A stretch of DNA of 37,930 nt from Patescibacteria group bacterium (GTDB lineage: Bacteria > Patescibacteriota > Patescibacteriia > JAHIZJ01): positions 1 to 37,930 of the forward strand of contig JBAZUB010000004.1 in the NCBI GenBank assembly GCA_041661625.1, written 5' to 3'. Shown piece by piece: positions 9,062-18,093 of this stretch. Under the pieces are notes generated by a model. The model made no database searches and had not been told where the DNA came from. It was given only the letters and a program-made list of their open reading frames with translations. The position numbers and the translations under genes were made by a program. Within the stretch, counting starts at the first letter, position 1. Every line of letters starts with the position of its first letter.

Positions 9062-10018
9062 ATGAGCGTTTCAAAACTTCAGCAGGTCGGTTTGAAAGTA
9101 GGCGGGACTACCGCCTATGCCACGGCATCCACCACATTCACACGCGGGCTTCTTGTCCGCACCTTTGACGTCAACCCCACTGACGGCGCGGCCCCGGTTT
9201 CCGAGGTCCGGTCTAAGTTTGGCCCCAACCGCGTGGGCCTGCCGATGATTGACTTTGACGCTGCCATCACCTTCCCGTTGGATGTGGGCGATAATGCCAG
9301 CGGAAACATCGGTGATTTCCTTAACGGCGTATTCGGAACGGACGCTGTTAGCGGGACCGGCCCGTATCTTCACACCTTCAGTCGCAACGATACCGCCCTA
9401 CCTAAATACCTGAACCTGTATTCAGACAAGGATATTGATAACAAGCAGTATACCGGCTTCCGCACGGAACAGGTCAAGTTCACGATTGACGCCGGCTCTC
9501 CCGAAATCGGCGTGGAAATCAGCGGCGTATTCAAGGATGAAAGCGAGTATGCCGGGGCGCAAACACTGACCTATTCCGGCTCTCCGCTTCTCCTGCCGTC
9601 ACAGGCTACCACTCTCACCCTTGCCGGAAACGCCGTTACAACCTTCAGCAAGATTGAAATCACGGTCAAGCGTACCCTTGAGCGCTTTCACGCTGTCGGC
9701 AGCAGCAGGCGTATTAGCAACGCATACAGCAAGGATTTCAGCATTGACATCGCCTGTGAAGGTCTGGACTTTACGGCGGAGACAGAGCGCGATAAGTTTA
9801 TCGCCGGGACTAGCACGGCCTTCAACCTTATCCTGACCGACTCCAATGCGAACTATCTCCGGTTCAACCTGCCGACCGTGTACTATCAGTCATGGAAGGG
9901 ACCGGACATCAACGATAGCGAACTCCTGAAAGTGAACCTTGTAGGCTTCGCAACGGGTGACTCCTACAACGCCTATCTTCAGAACATGCGGGCGACCGGC
10001 TACGATGCGGAGGTCTAA
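9062..10018 (+). CDS. Major tail (tube) protein, siphovirus-type
   Basis: 318-aa ORF with RBS AAAGGAG. It lies directly upstream of the frameshifting chaperone pair and the tape measure gene. The call is by position. Confidence 0.55.
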   Translation: MSVSKLQQVGLKVGGTTAYATASTTFTRGLLVRTFDVNPTDGAAPVSEVRSKFGPNRVGLPMIDFDAAITFPLDVGDNASGNIGDFLNGVFGTDAVSGTGPYLHTFSRNDTALPKYLNLYSDKDIDNKQYTGFRTEQVKFTIDAGSPEIGVEISGVFKDESEYAGAQTLTYSGSPLLLPSQATTLTLAGNAVTTFSKIEITVKRTLERFHAVGSSRRISNAYSKDFSIDIACEGLDFTAETERDKFIAGTSTAFNLILTDSNANYLRFNLPTVYYQSWKGPDINDSELLKVNLVGFATGDSYNAYLQNMRATGYDAEV

Positions 10019-10021
10019 ACG

Positions 10022-10450
10022 ATGGACGCAACCGAAAAAGCCGCACAGATTGAGGCGCAGGCAGAGGTCGAAACCAGGACGGACGGGGTTAATGACCTTG
10101 CTGTCCTAGCGCCTGAGCCTGAGTTGTTTGTCCTTGAGCGCTGGACCCCTGCCGGGGAAGACCGCCGGGAATATCAGGTTTACCCTATCCCGATGAAGAA
10201 GATGGCTATCCTTGCAGGGTTGCAGAAGATAGACCCCGGCAGCTTCAAGCCCGAAGACCTCAATGTTATCTACCCGGTTATCGGGCAGGCCATCCGCGAG
10301 CCTGACATTGCCTTCATTGAGGATGCCTTGACCGTCCCGGCCCTCTATGAACTGTTCCGCATCATGGCCAAACTGAACTATGAGGGCATCCCATCAGGCA
10401 AGGGCGAAAAAAAAAATCATCCGGCGTTAAAAGGTGGGGGCAGGGCTTAA
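10022..10450 (+). CDS. Tail assembly chaperone (gpG-like, zero-frame product)
   Basis: 142-aa acidic ORF between the major tail gene and the tape measure gene. It contains an A10 slippery run near its 3' end. Confidence 0.7.
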   Translation: MDATEKAAQIEAQAEVETRTDGVNDLAVLAPEPELFVLERWTPAGEDRREYQVYPIPMKKMAILAGLQKIDPGSFKPEDLNVIYPVIGQAIREPDIAFIEDALTVPALYELFRIMAKLNYEGIPSGKGEKKNHPALKGGGRA

Positions 10451-10635
10451 GGTGGACTTACTTCATACTCATGCGGGACTTGCACCTGTCCCACGCGGAC
10501 ATTGGGGATTTAACTATCCCGCAGGTTTACCTGTATATGCAATGTCTGCGCGAGGTCAATCAGGCCAAGAAGCAGGAGTATGAAATGGAGAAGCGGAAGA
10601 TGGAATTTGCGGCCTTTAGGATGAGGGGGCGCTAA
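10022..10635 (+). CDS. Tail assembly chaperone, -1 frameshift fusion product (gpGT-like)
   Basis: The -1 frame is open from the slippery run (re-pairing at 10414) to TAA 10633-10635, which overlaps the tape measure ATG. The extension reads KSSGVKRWGQGLRWTYFILMRDLHLSHADIGDLTIPQVYLYMQCLREVNQAKKQEYEMEKRKMEFAAFRMRGR. Confidence 0.6.
10407..10416 (+). promoter_or_regulatory. Programmed -1 ribosomal frameshift slippery site (A10; zero-frame GAA AAA AAA AAT)
   Basis: Ten consecutive A residues include an A AAA AAA heptamer in the zero frame of the chaperone ORF, with an open -1 frame downstream. Confidence 0.65.
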
Positions 10636-12020
10636 TGGCAATGAGCAACCAGGAAAAACTTGAACTTGTCATAACCGCCCGCAACCTCACGCAGGCGGAA
10701 TTTGATAAGCTGGCTAATAGCCTGAAGGCTACCACCACGCAGGCTAACGCGGCACAGGCCAGTATGGGTAAGTTTGCCAAGGTGCGAGAGCCTTTGATGC
10801 GACTTGCCTCTGGCCCGTTGCAGCAGTTAATGGGTAGTTTCGGCGCTTTTATCAGGCTTGCGGCCACCCTGCCAAAGGCTGTGTTGGGTCCGATAGGCTT
10901 ACTCATAGGTCTGATCATGGCCCTTGAGAGCAAGTTTAATATCATAGCTAAAACGATTGCGACAGTTAAGGTCGCATTTGAGGCATTGGCGTCATTCAAT
11001 TTCAGCGGGTTAGGTAAAAGCATATCAGACATATGGACGGGCGCAAAGGAAAAAGCGGAGGCGGCTAAAGAGGCTGCCAAGGGCTATAACGATGCATTGG
11101 TTGATTTGCTTGAGGCACAGGGCCATATATACGAAGCGGCCTATGAGAAAGAAAAGGCCCGCCATCAAAAGAAACTTGACGAGATTGCGGCTAATGAGAA
11201 AATAGGATTGCGCGGGCGCTCTGAATTGCTTGAGCTTGAGCGACAATTGCACAATCAAAATAATGCCAATATAACAGCCGAATTAAACAAAGCCCTTACT
11301 GATAGGCAAAACATTAGAAGGCAGGCACTAGCCAAGCAGATAAGAGAAGAAAATGAAATGCTTGTATCGGCTGCAAACGATGTGGATAAGTTTGTGGCCG
11401 ACAGGGATGAAAAAGATAGACAGCGGAATGTAGCCAAACTAGACGAACTATCAAAGATACTTACAGAGTCAGAGGCAATAAGCCAGCGCTTCTGGGATGG
11501 AATTGATAACCAAATAGGCGGAGTGGTTGATAGCGTTTCTTCCACTTTCGGCGCGGCTTTCGAGCAAATGGTCAACACCTCAAAGACTGCCGGTGAAGCC
11601 ATGATTGAAGCCTTCAACCAATTCGGGCGGCAGGTGCTATTTATGATAGGTAAGATGATAGCCAAGTTCCTATTCTTGAACCTGCTCAAAGCCATATTCT
11701 CGGGGGCAACGGGCGGATTAGGCGGGGCTATTGCGGGCTTTGCAGAGAAAAGCCTTGGTAATATGTCGGCTAGTATGGATAATTTGTTCCCTTCCAAGCA
11801 GGCCGACACGGGTGCTACTAGCCGTGTTCCCGGTGCCTTTGGTATGCCCGTTCCCATTATCGCCCACGGCGGCGAAATCATAGGCCGTCCCGAAGGCGGC
11901 GGAGGTCCTAGCATAGTTATTCAGGGCGATGTCTACGGGTGGGATGAGACTATCGAGCGTATCAGGTCCGGCCTCTACACACATTCGAGAAGGACCGGGA
12001 TGTCAGCGGTCCCGGCGTGA
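10635..12020 (+). CDS. Tape measure protein
   Basis: 461 aa. It has coiled-coil-rich and hydrophobic stretches (LGPIGLLIGLIMAL, FLFLNLLKAIFSGATGGLGGAIAGF) and a position right after the chaperone pair. Confidence 0.7.
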   Translation: MAMSNQEKLELVITARNLTQAEFDKLANSLKATTTQANAAQASMGKFAKVREPLMRLASGPLQQLMGSFGAFIRLAATLPKAVLGPIGLLIGLIMALESKFNIIAKTIATVKVAFEALASFNFSGLGKSISDIWTGAKEKAEAAKEAAKGYNDALVDLLEAQGHIYEAAYEKEKARHQKKLDEIAANEKIGLRGRSELLELERQLHNQNNANITAELNKALTDRQNIRRQALAKQIREENEMLVSAANDVDKFVADRDEKDRQRNVAKLDELSKILTESEAISQRFWDGIDNQIGGVVDSVSSTFGAAFEQMVNTSKTAGEAMIEAFNQFGRQVLFMIGKMIAKFLFLNLLKAIFSGATGGLGGAIAGFAEKSLGNMSASMDNLFPSKQADTGATSRVPGAFGMPVPIIAHGGEIIGRPEGGGGPSIVIQGDVYGWDETIERIRSGLYTHSRRTGMSAVPA

Positions 12021-12028
12021 GGTAAAAT

Positions 12029-12943
12029 ATGGGCTTCATGCTAGGCAAAAGCAACAGCACGCTTTCAACTTTCACCACTACCAATCAGCGTATTAGTTAC
12101 GATACCGGCAAGATTATGGAGCGCTCCGTTAATCGCGCTATGCAGTCTTACCGCTTCACGGAAAAGGGTAACTTTCAATATGAATATCAGTTCTTAACAG
12201 AGGCCGATTACCGCACCTTGATATACATGCTGAACGATAGGAACAGTTTGAGGGATGGTCTGTTCCTTCTACCGATACCCTATTCCGATAATTCCGCAAC
12301 GGCCATCTATACCCCTTTGTATAATACCCACAATGTCTATACGATAAGCGATGACGCTACTGCCCCGTGGGGGATGGCCCTGTCGGCGATTACCAAGGTT
12401 CAGGCGGACAATACCAACACGGCCAAGCTCGCAACCTATGATACGGACTATCTGAATGTTGCCGCAAGTTCACTATATTACAGCGGGTTTATATTCCAGT
12501 TCAATATCAATGCCTTTGTAGCTGCTTTCTCACAGAATGAAATTAGACGCTTGACCTTGCAGATTAACGGTATGAACTCAAGCCCAGTGCGCCTGTTTTG
12601 CTGGAATGTGAGCCGGTCAACCTGGTATCTAATGGATGATTTCAGATACTTTGACGATAGCCAGTTTACCGATGGTTCCTTTTACCTTTACAAGCAAATT
12701 GTCGGGCAACTTGGCCCTACCTATGGAGAGGTATCGGTAGGGGATAGCTACCTAGACGGCAATGATATTGTAACCTTCATGCTGGTAGGCAATGAATTAA
12801 ATCAGCAGGTTATGGCGCAGTATGTACGCCTGTTTGTTAATGGCTTCTGGGTAGACCCTGAGGAGCCTATGGACATTGAGAACTATATGGTATCTTTCAC
12901 GGGCGCTGGCAGACAGGGCACGCTAAATCTGTCAGAGGTGTGA
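12029..12943 (+). CDS. Distal tail protein candidate (by position)
   Basis: 304-aa ORF, the first gene after the tape measure. No motif was recognised. Confidence 0.4.
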   Translation: MGFMLGKSNSTLSTFTTTNQRISYDTGKIMERSVNRAMQSYRFTEKGNFQYEYQFLTEADYRTLIYMLNDRNSLRDGLFLLPIPYSDNSATAIYTPLYNTHNVYTISDDATAPWGMALSAITKVQADNTNTAKLATYDTDYLNVAASSLYYSGFIFQFNINAFVAAFSQNEIRRLTLQINGMNSSPVRLFCWNVSRSTWYLMDDFRYFDDSQFTDGSFYLYKQIVGQLGPTYGEVSVGDSYLDGNDIVTFMLVGNELNQQVMAQYVRLFVNGFWVDPEEPMDIENYMVSFTGAGRQGTLNLSEV

Positions 12944-12946
12944 TGT

Positions 12947-14989
12947 ATGGCTGATATGGTCACCCTTGGTCTTGTCGGCGGTCATAGCCCTACCCTGGGC
13001 TTTTATTCGACCGCTGCCGAAATCATTGAGAGCATATTAAGCCAGCTTGAGGCACAGGTAGGCGCTCACCCCATCTTACGGGTGCGGATGGACCTTAACG
13101 GGGACGGCACCTATGAAGTCACAGAAGAGAAAAAGATACTCTCCATATCAAACCTATCCCGTTCAATCGAGATTGAAACCGGGCGGCCTACCTTCGGCTC
13201 CTGTGATATCACCTTACAGAATGATGATGGTAGATATACGGATGCTTGGTCTAAAGCTCTCACCTACTTCAATCCAGCTAGTCCAACCCGTTATCATTAC
13301 CGGCCTGTTATCGTTGAACTAGGCTTTGATGATATCCATAAGTGGGATAGCGCCTACTGGTTGCCCCTGTTCAAGGGCTACATACAGCGCAAAAGCGAGG
13401 ATAGCGCAAGCCGAAGCGTGACCATTTCCTTGATGGATGAATGGGCGCTAGTGCTGGACAAGCCAATGGCAAAGGCTATCAGGGGCGGGGCGCTGTATAA
13501 CTATGTGGATGATGCTAATGAATTGCTAGATAAGCGTGAGTTAATGCGTGGAACATATTACGGCCATACTACCTTATTGACAAACGAAAAGTATAAGAAG
13601 GATAATCAGATACTTATCCCCTATACATGGAACGATTATGCGGCTTATAACGCTGCGGGCGGCTCAGTAGCTACCTACTGCTACCTTAAAGCGCTTACCC
13701 TTAACGCTCAATTGTCGGCTTATGATTTCACGCTGACACATTCAATATGGTTCTGGGGTTGGAATAAGGACTGGTTCACGGATGGCAAAGAACAATGGAT
13801 GCAATTACCCCTAACCAATGTTGACACCTCCGTTGTTTGGGCGCTGGACTATGGGCCTACCACGGCAAACATTTGGATTAAGAAGGCCAGTAATGCTGTA
13901 ATTAATTTCAAGACGGCTTCGGGCGCGGCCATTGTGGGCAGCGGTTCAAGCGGGCTGAAATTAGATGAGTATTTCTTGTCCACGGCGGACGGCTACGAAC
14001 CGGCCATCGGCATGGCTGCGCTTGCCAAGGCTAACTATGATAACCCCGCCGTTATCCTCTTCGACCAACTGTATAACCGCACCGACCTTTACGCCTCTAG
14101 TGGTGGAATACCCATAGCCGACCTGGATGTCTCATCGGCCACGCCCGCATCATGGGCCGATACCGATTTCGACTATGAAGACACGAACTATTATAGCTTT
14201 GATGTCTCATATTCATACCTGAAATTGCAGGGTTGTCACATGGCTGTCAATACGGACAACCCGTCTGACACCCTGATAGACCTAATCAATGATATATGCA
14301 GTCTCACACGGGGCGGCTTCTTTATCGACAAGGGCAAGGACATAAGCGGCGGCAACCCTATTAGGCGCGTTCACTTCGTTATCCATCAACCGCGATTGAT
14401 ACCGCCTGATATTAGGACGCTGACAGAGAAGCGTATTCAGCGCCCTTCTATCACCCGTGAGGTAACGGAGATTAGGAACTATGTAGAGGTATCAAGCTTT
14501 GACCTTGCCAATAATCCGCTATTGGCCGACAGCCTTATCACCACGGAAACAGATACAAGCAGCGTGGCCGTGTACGGAGAGAAGCGCTTGAGCCTGATTA
14601 ATAAGCCTAAGTCTAACGCCTGCTATCTCTATGACTCAATCATATACGCCAATGCCCTGGCCGAACATTATCTCATGGTCTTAAAGGAACCGCCCTTGAC
14701 CTTGGAAATGTCAACCAATCTCATAGGCTACACATGGGATTTAAAGTCTTTGATTGGCATTAAGGACACATACGGCTTGCAGATTGACTATGCCAATGCT
14801 ACCGACCTGTCGGGCTGCTATGAGATATATGGCTTGTCATTTGATACGCGGTCATTCAAGGTTAGTTTTAATATGCGGTGGGCCGGATACTTGATTAATC
14901 CATCGGGCGTATTGGCGCGGCGGTATGCCTTTGCAGATAACGCCTATGCTGACGCTGACGCGGCCAGCTTAGAATACTACACATGGTAA
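12947..14989 (+). CDS. Tail hub / tail-associated (Tal-like) protein candidate (by position)
   Basis: 680-aa ORF, the second gene after the tape measure. No motif was recognised. Confidence 0.4.
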   Translation: MADMVTLGLVGGHSPTLGFYSTAAEIIESILSQLEAQVGAHPILRVRMDLNGDGTYEVTEEKKILSISNLSRSIEIETGRPTFGSCDITLQNDDGRYTDAWSKALTYFNPASPTRYHYRPVIVELGFDDIHKWDSAYWLPLFKGYIQRKSEDSASRSVTISLMDEWALVLDKPMAKAIRGGALYNYVDDANELLDKRELMRGTYYGHTTLLTNEKYKKDNQILIPYTWNDYAAYNAAGGSVATYCYLKALTLNAQLSAYDFTLTHSIWFWGWNKDWFTDGKEQWMQLPLTNVDTSVVWALDYGPTTANIWIKKASNAVINFKTASGAAIVGSGSSGLKLDEYFLSTADGYEPAIGMAALAKANYDNPAVILFDQLYNRTDLYASSGGIPIADLDVSSATPASWADTDFDYEDTNYYSFDVSYSYLKLQGCHMAVNTDNPSDTLIDLINDICSLTRGGFFIDKGKDISGGNPIRRVHFVIHQPRLIPPDIRTLTEKRIQRPSITREVTEIRNYVEVSSFDLANNPLLADSLITTETDTSSVAVYGEKRLSLINKPKSNACYLYDSIIYANALAEHYLMVLKEPPLTLEMSTNLIGYTWDLKSLIGIKDTYGLQIDYANATDLSGCYEIYGLSFDTRSFKVSFNMRWAGYLINPSGVLARRYAFADNAYADADAASLEYYTW

Positions 14990-14998
14990 GGGGGATAA

Positions 14999-15628
14999 AT
15001 GGCTATTTACGATAATACATGGTCAAGTAATGAGAAGGTTACTAGCGCCAAATTAAACCAGATGTATGCTAATGAGGTTAATAGTACGGACGATATTCAT
15101 CCGCAATACAATAAAACAAAGATGTATTTGTTAAATACGATATACGATTCATCTTTTAATCAAAGCTCTTCCGGTTCTGTCGGAATATACGGAACAGATA
15201 TAAATACGCCTGCTGGAATATATATACCATACTTACCAAACATAACCTATGGCTCGTTATGGTCTACAACCGGAACTCTAATAATTGAAATCAACACAAT
15301 AAATCCAAAAACTGTTGCTAACGCCTATACAAAATTAAAGGTAGATTTCAGCGGTTATAAATACCTACCTAGTGGTGACCATACAGCAATAAAAGTTTAT
15401 ATGTATTATTTATTATCTGGCTATGACGGATCGGTAGTCTCGGAGGGCGCAACTGAAATAACATCTACCGGCGATTATGCTGCGTATAGTCAAGACATAG
15501 CCATAACATCCTTATCCGCCGTAGAACCAGCAAACCTAAAATTATTTCACAGGTTTGTTAAGCAAAATACGAATGATGCAAACATACACCTGCTCACAAA
15601 GTCTATTAAAATATACCCTGCATTATAA
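14999..15628 (+). CDS. AT-rich tail-fibre / receptor-binding accessory candidate
   Basis: 209 aa. Two 60-nt lines counted by hand give 33-37% GC, against roughly 50% in neighbouring genes. The N-terminus AIYDNTWSSNEKVTSAKLNQM resembles the conserved fibre N-terminal W..G..lTA..LN pattern. Confidence 0.45.
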   Translation: MAIYDNTWSSNEKVTSAKLNQMYANEVNSTDDIHPQYNKTKMYLLNTIYDSSFNQSSSGSVGIYGTDINTPAGIYIPYLPNITYGSLWSTTGTLIIEINTINPKTVANAYTKLKVDFSGYKYLPSGDHTAIKVYMYYLLSGYDGSVVSEGATEITSTGDYAAYSQDIAITSLSAVEPANLKLFHRFVKQNTNDANIHLLTKSIKIYPAL

Positions 15629-15643
15629 CCGGAGGCCCAAACA

Positions 15644-17062
15644 ATGGCATCACTTCTTGAAGTAATCAATCATCACTTTCACGGCCTAGAGCGCTGGCTA
15701 TGCGCGGCTGCAAGCCCGTCAGGCGAAACCCATAACGCTGACCTTGTTAGCACTAAGACCGCTACATTAGGCGCGTTTACAATTGACGCTGGAAATAATG
15801 CGTTTGGGGCGTGGACTCAGATAATTGGGTCTAGCGATACGCCGGTAACGGTAGGTGAGGTTATGTTTGATTTGCACCGGGTTATATTTACTGCAAGCGA
15901 GAGGGCTTTTCCTTACCTTATCCAATTTGGATTTGGTACGGTATCGACAGGGGTATTAACGGGGACATATACCGAATTAGTATATGACTCCCTAACGGCT
16001 GCCGGTGAGTTGAGCATACAAGATATCATGTGCCGCCGCTATGCAAGCGGGACTAAGGTGTGGGCTAGGGCGCTATGCCCTGGACAGGACACGGGAACGA
16101 TAACCTTTATGGTAGGAATACATGAATACGATGAGACACAGGAGAACGACTTCACTATTGACTCTTCGGGATGGGTCAAAAGCGATACAATAAGAATTAA
16201 TGATAATCCTCTTGTCGACGCTACCGTCCCGTCAGGGGCCAATCCTGTTGTGGCTTTAGTCAACGGACTCTCCGGCTATATCGAAGGGGATGGAAAGATA
16301 TTTGCAACGATCTTTCGTGACGGCGGGAGCGCACTAGGCTTTGATGCTGCTGGAGGAAGCGCAAAAATCATTAGCTGTTCAGGCGTATTACTATTAAATT
16401 GTCAGTACCAAGACGACAATATAGAAATACGAGACTTCCACGGTAGGGTTATTCTATCAGACCTGCTGGATACCTTTAATGTGTATTTTTATGATTGCGA
16501 AGTGGTAGTTGAAATCGGCGCATCGTGTACTGGCGGCAGCGTTATTCTTGATGGTGGTTCTGGGGCTGTCGTTGATGGCTCTAGCGGGGCCGTATCGGTC
16601 ACTAAAACAAGGTTTACCGATGCAGACGAAATTGATACTATTATCGCAAAACTCCCCACCAATTACATTATGGGCTCGTCTGTTCAGACCGCCAAGGATG
16701 ACGAGATAGACACCCTTGTCACAGACATGGCCCTAACTAAAGGCTATGCCGAAGATGCTAAGACAGCATCCGAGGGGCTTGAGGCCAAAGCCCCGGCTAA
16801 CTACATCATGGGTTCAAGCGATAACGCGGACCATGACACCCAGATTGACCTGATAGACGCGGCCTTGCGTATGGCTATCGAGTATGACTTTACCACCTAC
16901 TCAAAGGCCGTCATCTTATTCTATGAAGATGACCGGCCCCTTGCAGGCGACCCGTCCTACTGGGCGTATGTCTACACGGCGGCGGGCGGAAAGCCTTCGA
17001 CGGCATCGGAGATAACAAAGCGCGACCGGCTTAAGACATGGGTAAGCGGAGCGCCTAGCTAA
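15644..17062 (+). CDS. Tail fibre / receptor-binding protein candidate with internal repeats
   Basis: 472 aa, the last large structural ORF. It contains the repeated motifs KLPTNYIMGSS / KAPANYIMGSS and DEIDTII / DEIDTLV / TQIDLID. Confidence 0.45.
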   Translation: MASLLEVINHHFHGLERWLCAAASPSGETHNADLVSTKTATLGAFTIDAGNNAFGAWTQIIGSSDTPVTVGEVMFDLHRVIFTASERAFPYLIQFGFGTVSTGVLTGTYTELVYDSLTAAGELSIQDIMCRRYASGTKVWARALCPGQDTGTITFMVGIHEYDETQENDFTIDSSGWVKSDTIRINDNPLVDATVPSGANPVVALVNGLSGYIEGDGKIFATIFRDGGSALGFDAAGGSAKIISCSGVLLLNCQYQDDNIEIRDFHGRVILSDLLDTFNVYFYDCEVVVEIGASCTGGSVILDGGSGAVVDGSSGAVSVTKTRFTDADEIDTIIAKLPTNYIMGSSVQTAKDDEIDTLVTDMALTKGYAEDAKTASEGLEAKAPANYIMGSSDNADHDTQIDLIDAALRMAIEYDFTTYSKAVILFYEDDRPLAGDPSYWAYVYTAAGGKPSTASEITKRDRLKTWVSGAPS

Positions 17063-17328
17063 TGGAAACATTTAACAGACGCAGGGAGGACAACGGAATG
17101 TATAAAATCAAGGTTGCGGCAGGCATTGCCGGGGCGCTTATCACGCTCGGAACCGTGTTCTATTGGCTAGGCTCTACATCTTTTGTTACAAGGTCAGAGT
17201 TTACCGTTAAGTGTGCCGAGACTGACCGCACCCTTGCCGTCCAGGACAAGACTATGGCCGTGATGCAGACGGATATTATCTATATCAAGCAGGGTGTTGA
17301 TAACATCAACCGCAAACTGGATAGGTAA
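17062..17328 (+). CDS. Small single-pass membrane protein (holin candidate)
   Basis: 88 aa with one hydrophobic helix (IKVAAGIAGALITLGTVFYWLG) followed by a charged C-terminal region. It lies immediately upstream of the endolysin-like gene. Confidence 0.35.
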   Translation: METFNRRREDNGMYKIKVAAGIAGALITLGTVFYWLGSTSFVTRSEFTVKCAETDRTLAVQDKTMAVMQTDIIYIKQGVDNINRKLDR

Positions 17329-17330
17329 AA

Positions 17331-17681
17331 ATGGTAATCAAATGGAAAGAAGATTGTCTCAAGACCGAATGGATTGAATTACTGCTTAAGAACCCGCGCC
17401 TTGTTTTCCTTGCCCTTGAGTTTGCAAACGCCATCGGGCAGGCCATAACCGTGACATCAATATTCAGGCGCTCCGATAACGGGGTCCACGGCTATTGGCG
17501 TGGAATAGATTTGAGTGTGAGGGGGTTTGGCCTTTCAAGGGTTGAGGAAATAGTTGAGCGGCTTAACGCAAGATATCCCTATGACCCGAAGCGCAAGAAG
17601 ATGGTAACCTACCTACTGCATGATGTTGGTTTCGGGCTACACCTGCATATTCAGACCATGACAGAAGCAAAGGAGGCGTGA
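17331..17681 (+). CDS. LAS/M15-type zinc peptidase (endolysin candidate)
   Basis: 116 aa. HGYWRGID matches the H-x6-D motif and HLH (in GLHLHIQ) matches the HxH motif of LAS metallopeptidases. The gene is in the lysis position at the end of the late block. Confidence 0.6.
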   Translation: MVIKWKEDCLKTEWIELLLKNPRLVFLALEFANAIGQAITVTSIFRRSDNGVHGYWRGIDLSVRGFGLSRVEEIVERLNARYPYDPKRKKMVTYLLHDVGFGLHLHIQTMTEAKEA

Positions 17682-18093
17682 TGAAAGGTGACCATATCGC
17701 GTATAAGTCGGGCTATAAGTATCAATTGGTAGAGGATTACACCCTTAAGACTAGCATTATTGGGCTTGCCGTTGTTACCCAATTCATAAACCTGACCACG
17801 GACGGGCTGTTGACTATCTTTAAGGGCTACTGTTATGATGGCGCGTCTGGACCCACTGTCGATACAAAGACCTCTATGCGCGGGCATTGGTCCACGATTG
17901 CCTATACCAATTGATGCGGATAGGGTTACTGCCAAGACTTCACAGGGAATACTCCGACAAGCTATTCCGAGAAATCTGTATAGAAGATGGCATGTGGCCT
18001 GCCAGGGCTATGATTTGGGAGCGGGCTGTCAGGTGGTTTGCCGCTGATGCTAGCAAGCCAAGCGGTGAGCCGAAGGTGCAAACGGCCCCTTAA
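17678..18093 (+). pseudogene. DUF1353-like gene interrupted by a 1-nt frame shift near 17882-17886
   Basis: ORF 17678..17914 ends ..GYCYDGASGPTVDTKTSMRG and ORF 17887..18093 begins (L)VHDCLYQLM... Together they reproduce the DGaSiP...HDxlY pattern of DUF1353. One extra G in the GGG run at 17882-84 would join them. Confidence 0.6.

Noticed and set aside
11255-11914. 219-aa minus-strand ORF inside the tape measure gene. Similar long antisense ORFs occur at 31529..32221, 29182..29703, 23604..24095, 1170..1610 and 10616..11080
   Set aside because: They lie antisense to, or out of frame within, well-supported genes. Their translations are low-complexity or Ser/Arg/Pro-rich and have no RBS. They are typical shadow ORFs.
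15644-17062. A diversity-generating retroelement or other targeted hypervariation in the fibre gene
   Set aside because: No reverse transcriptase is present, and no template/variable nucleotide repeat pair was found. The internal repeats have diverged at the DNA level.
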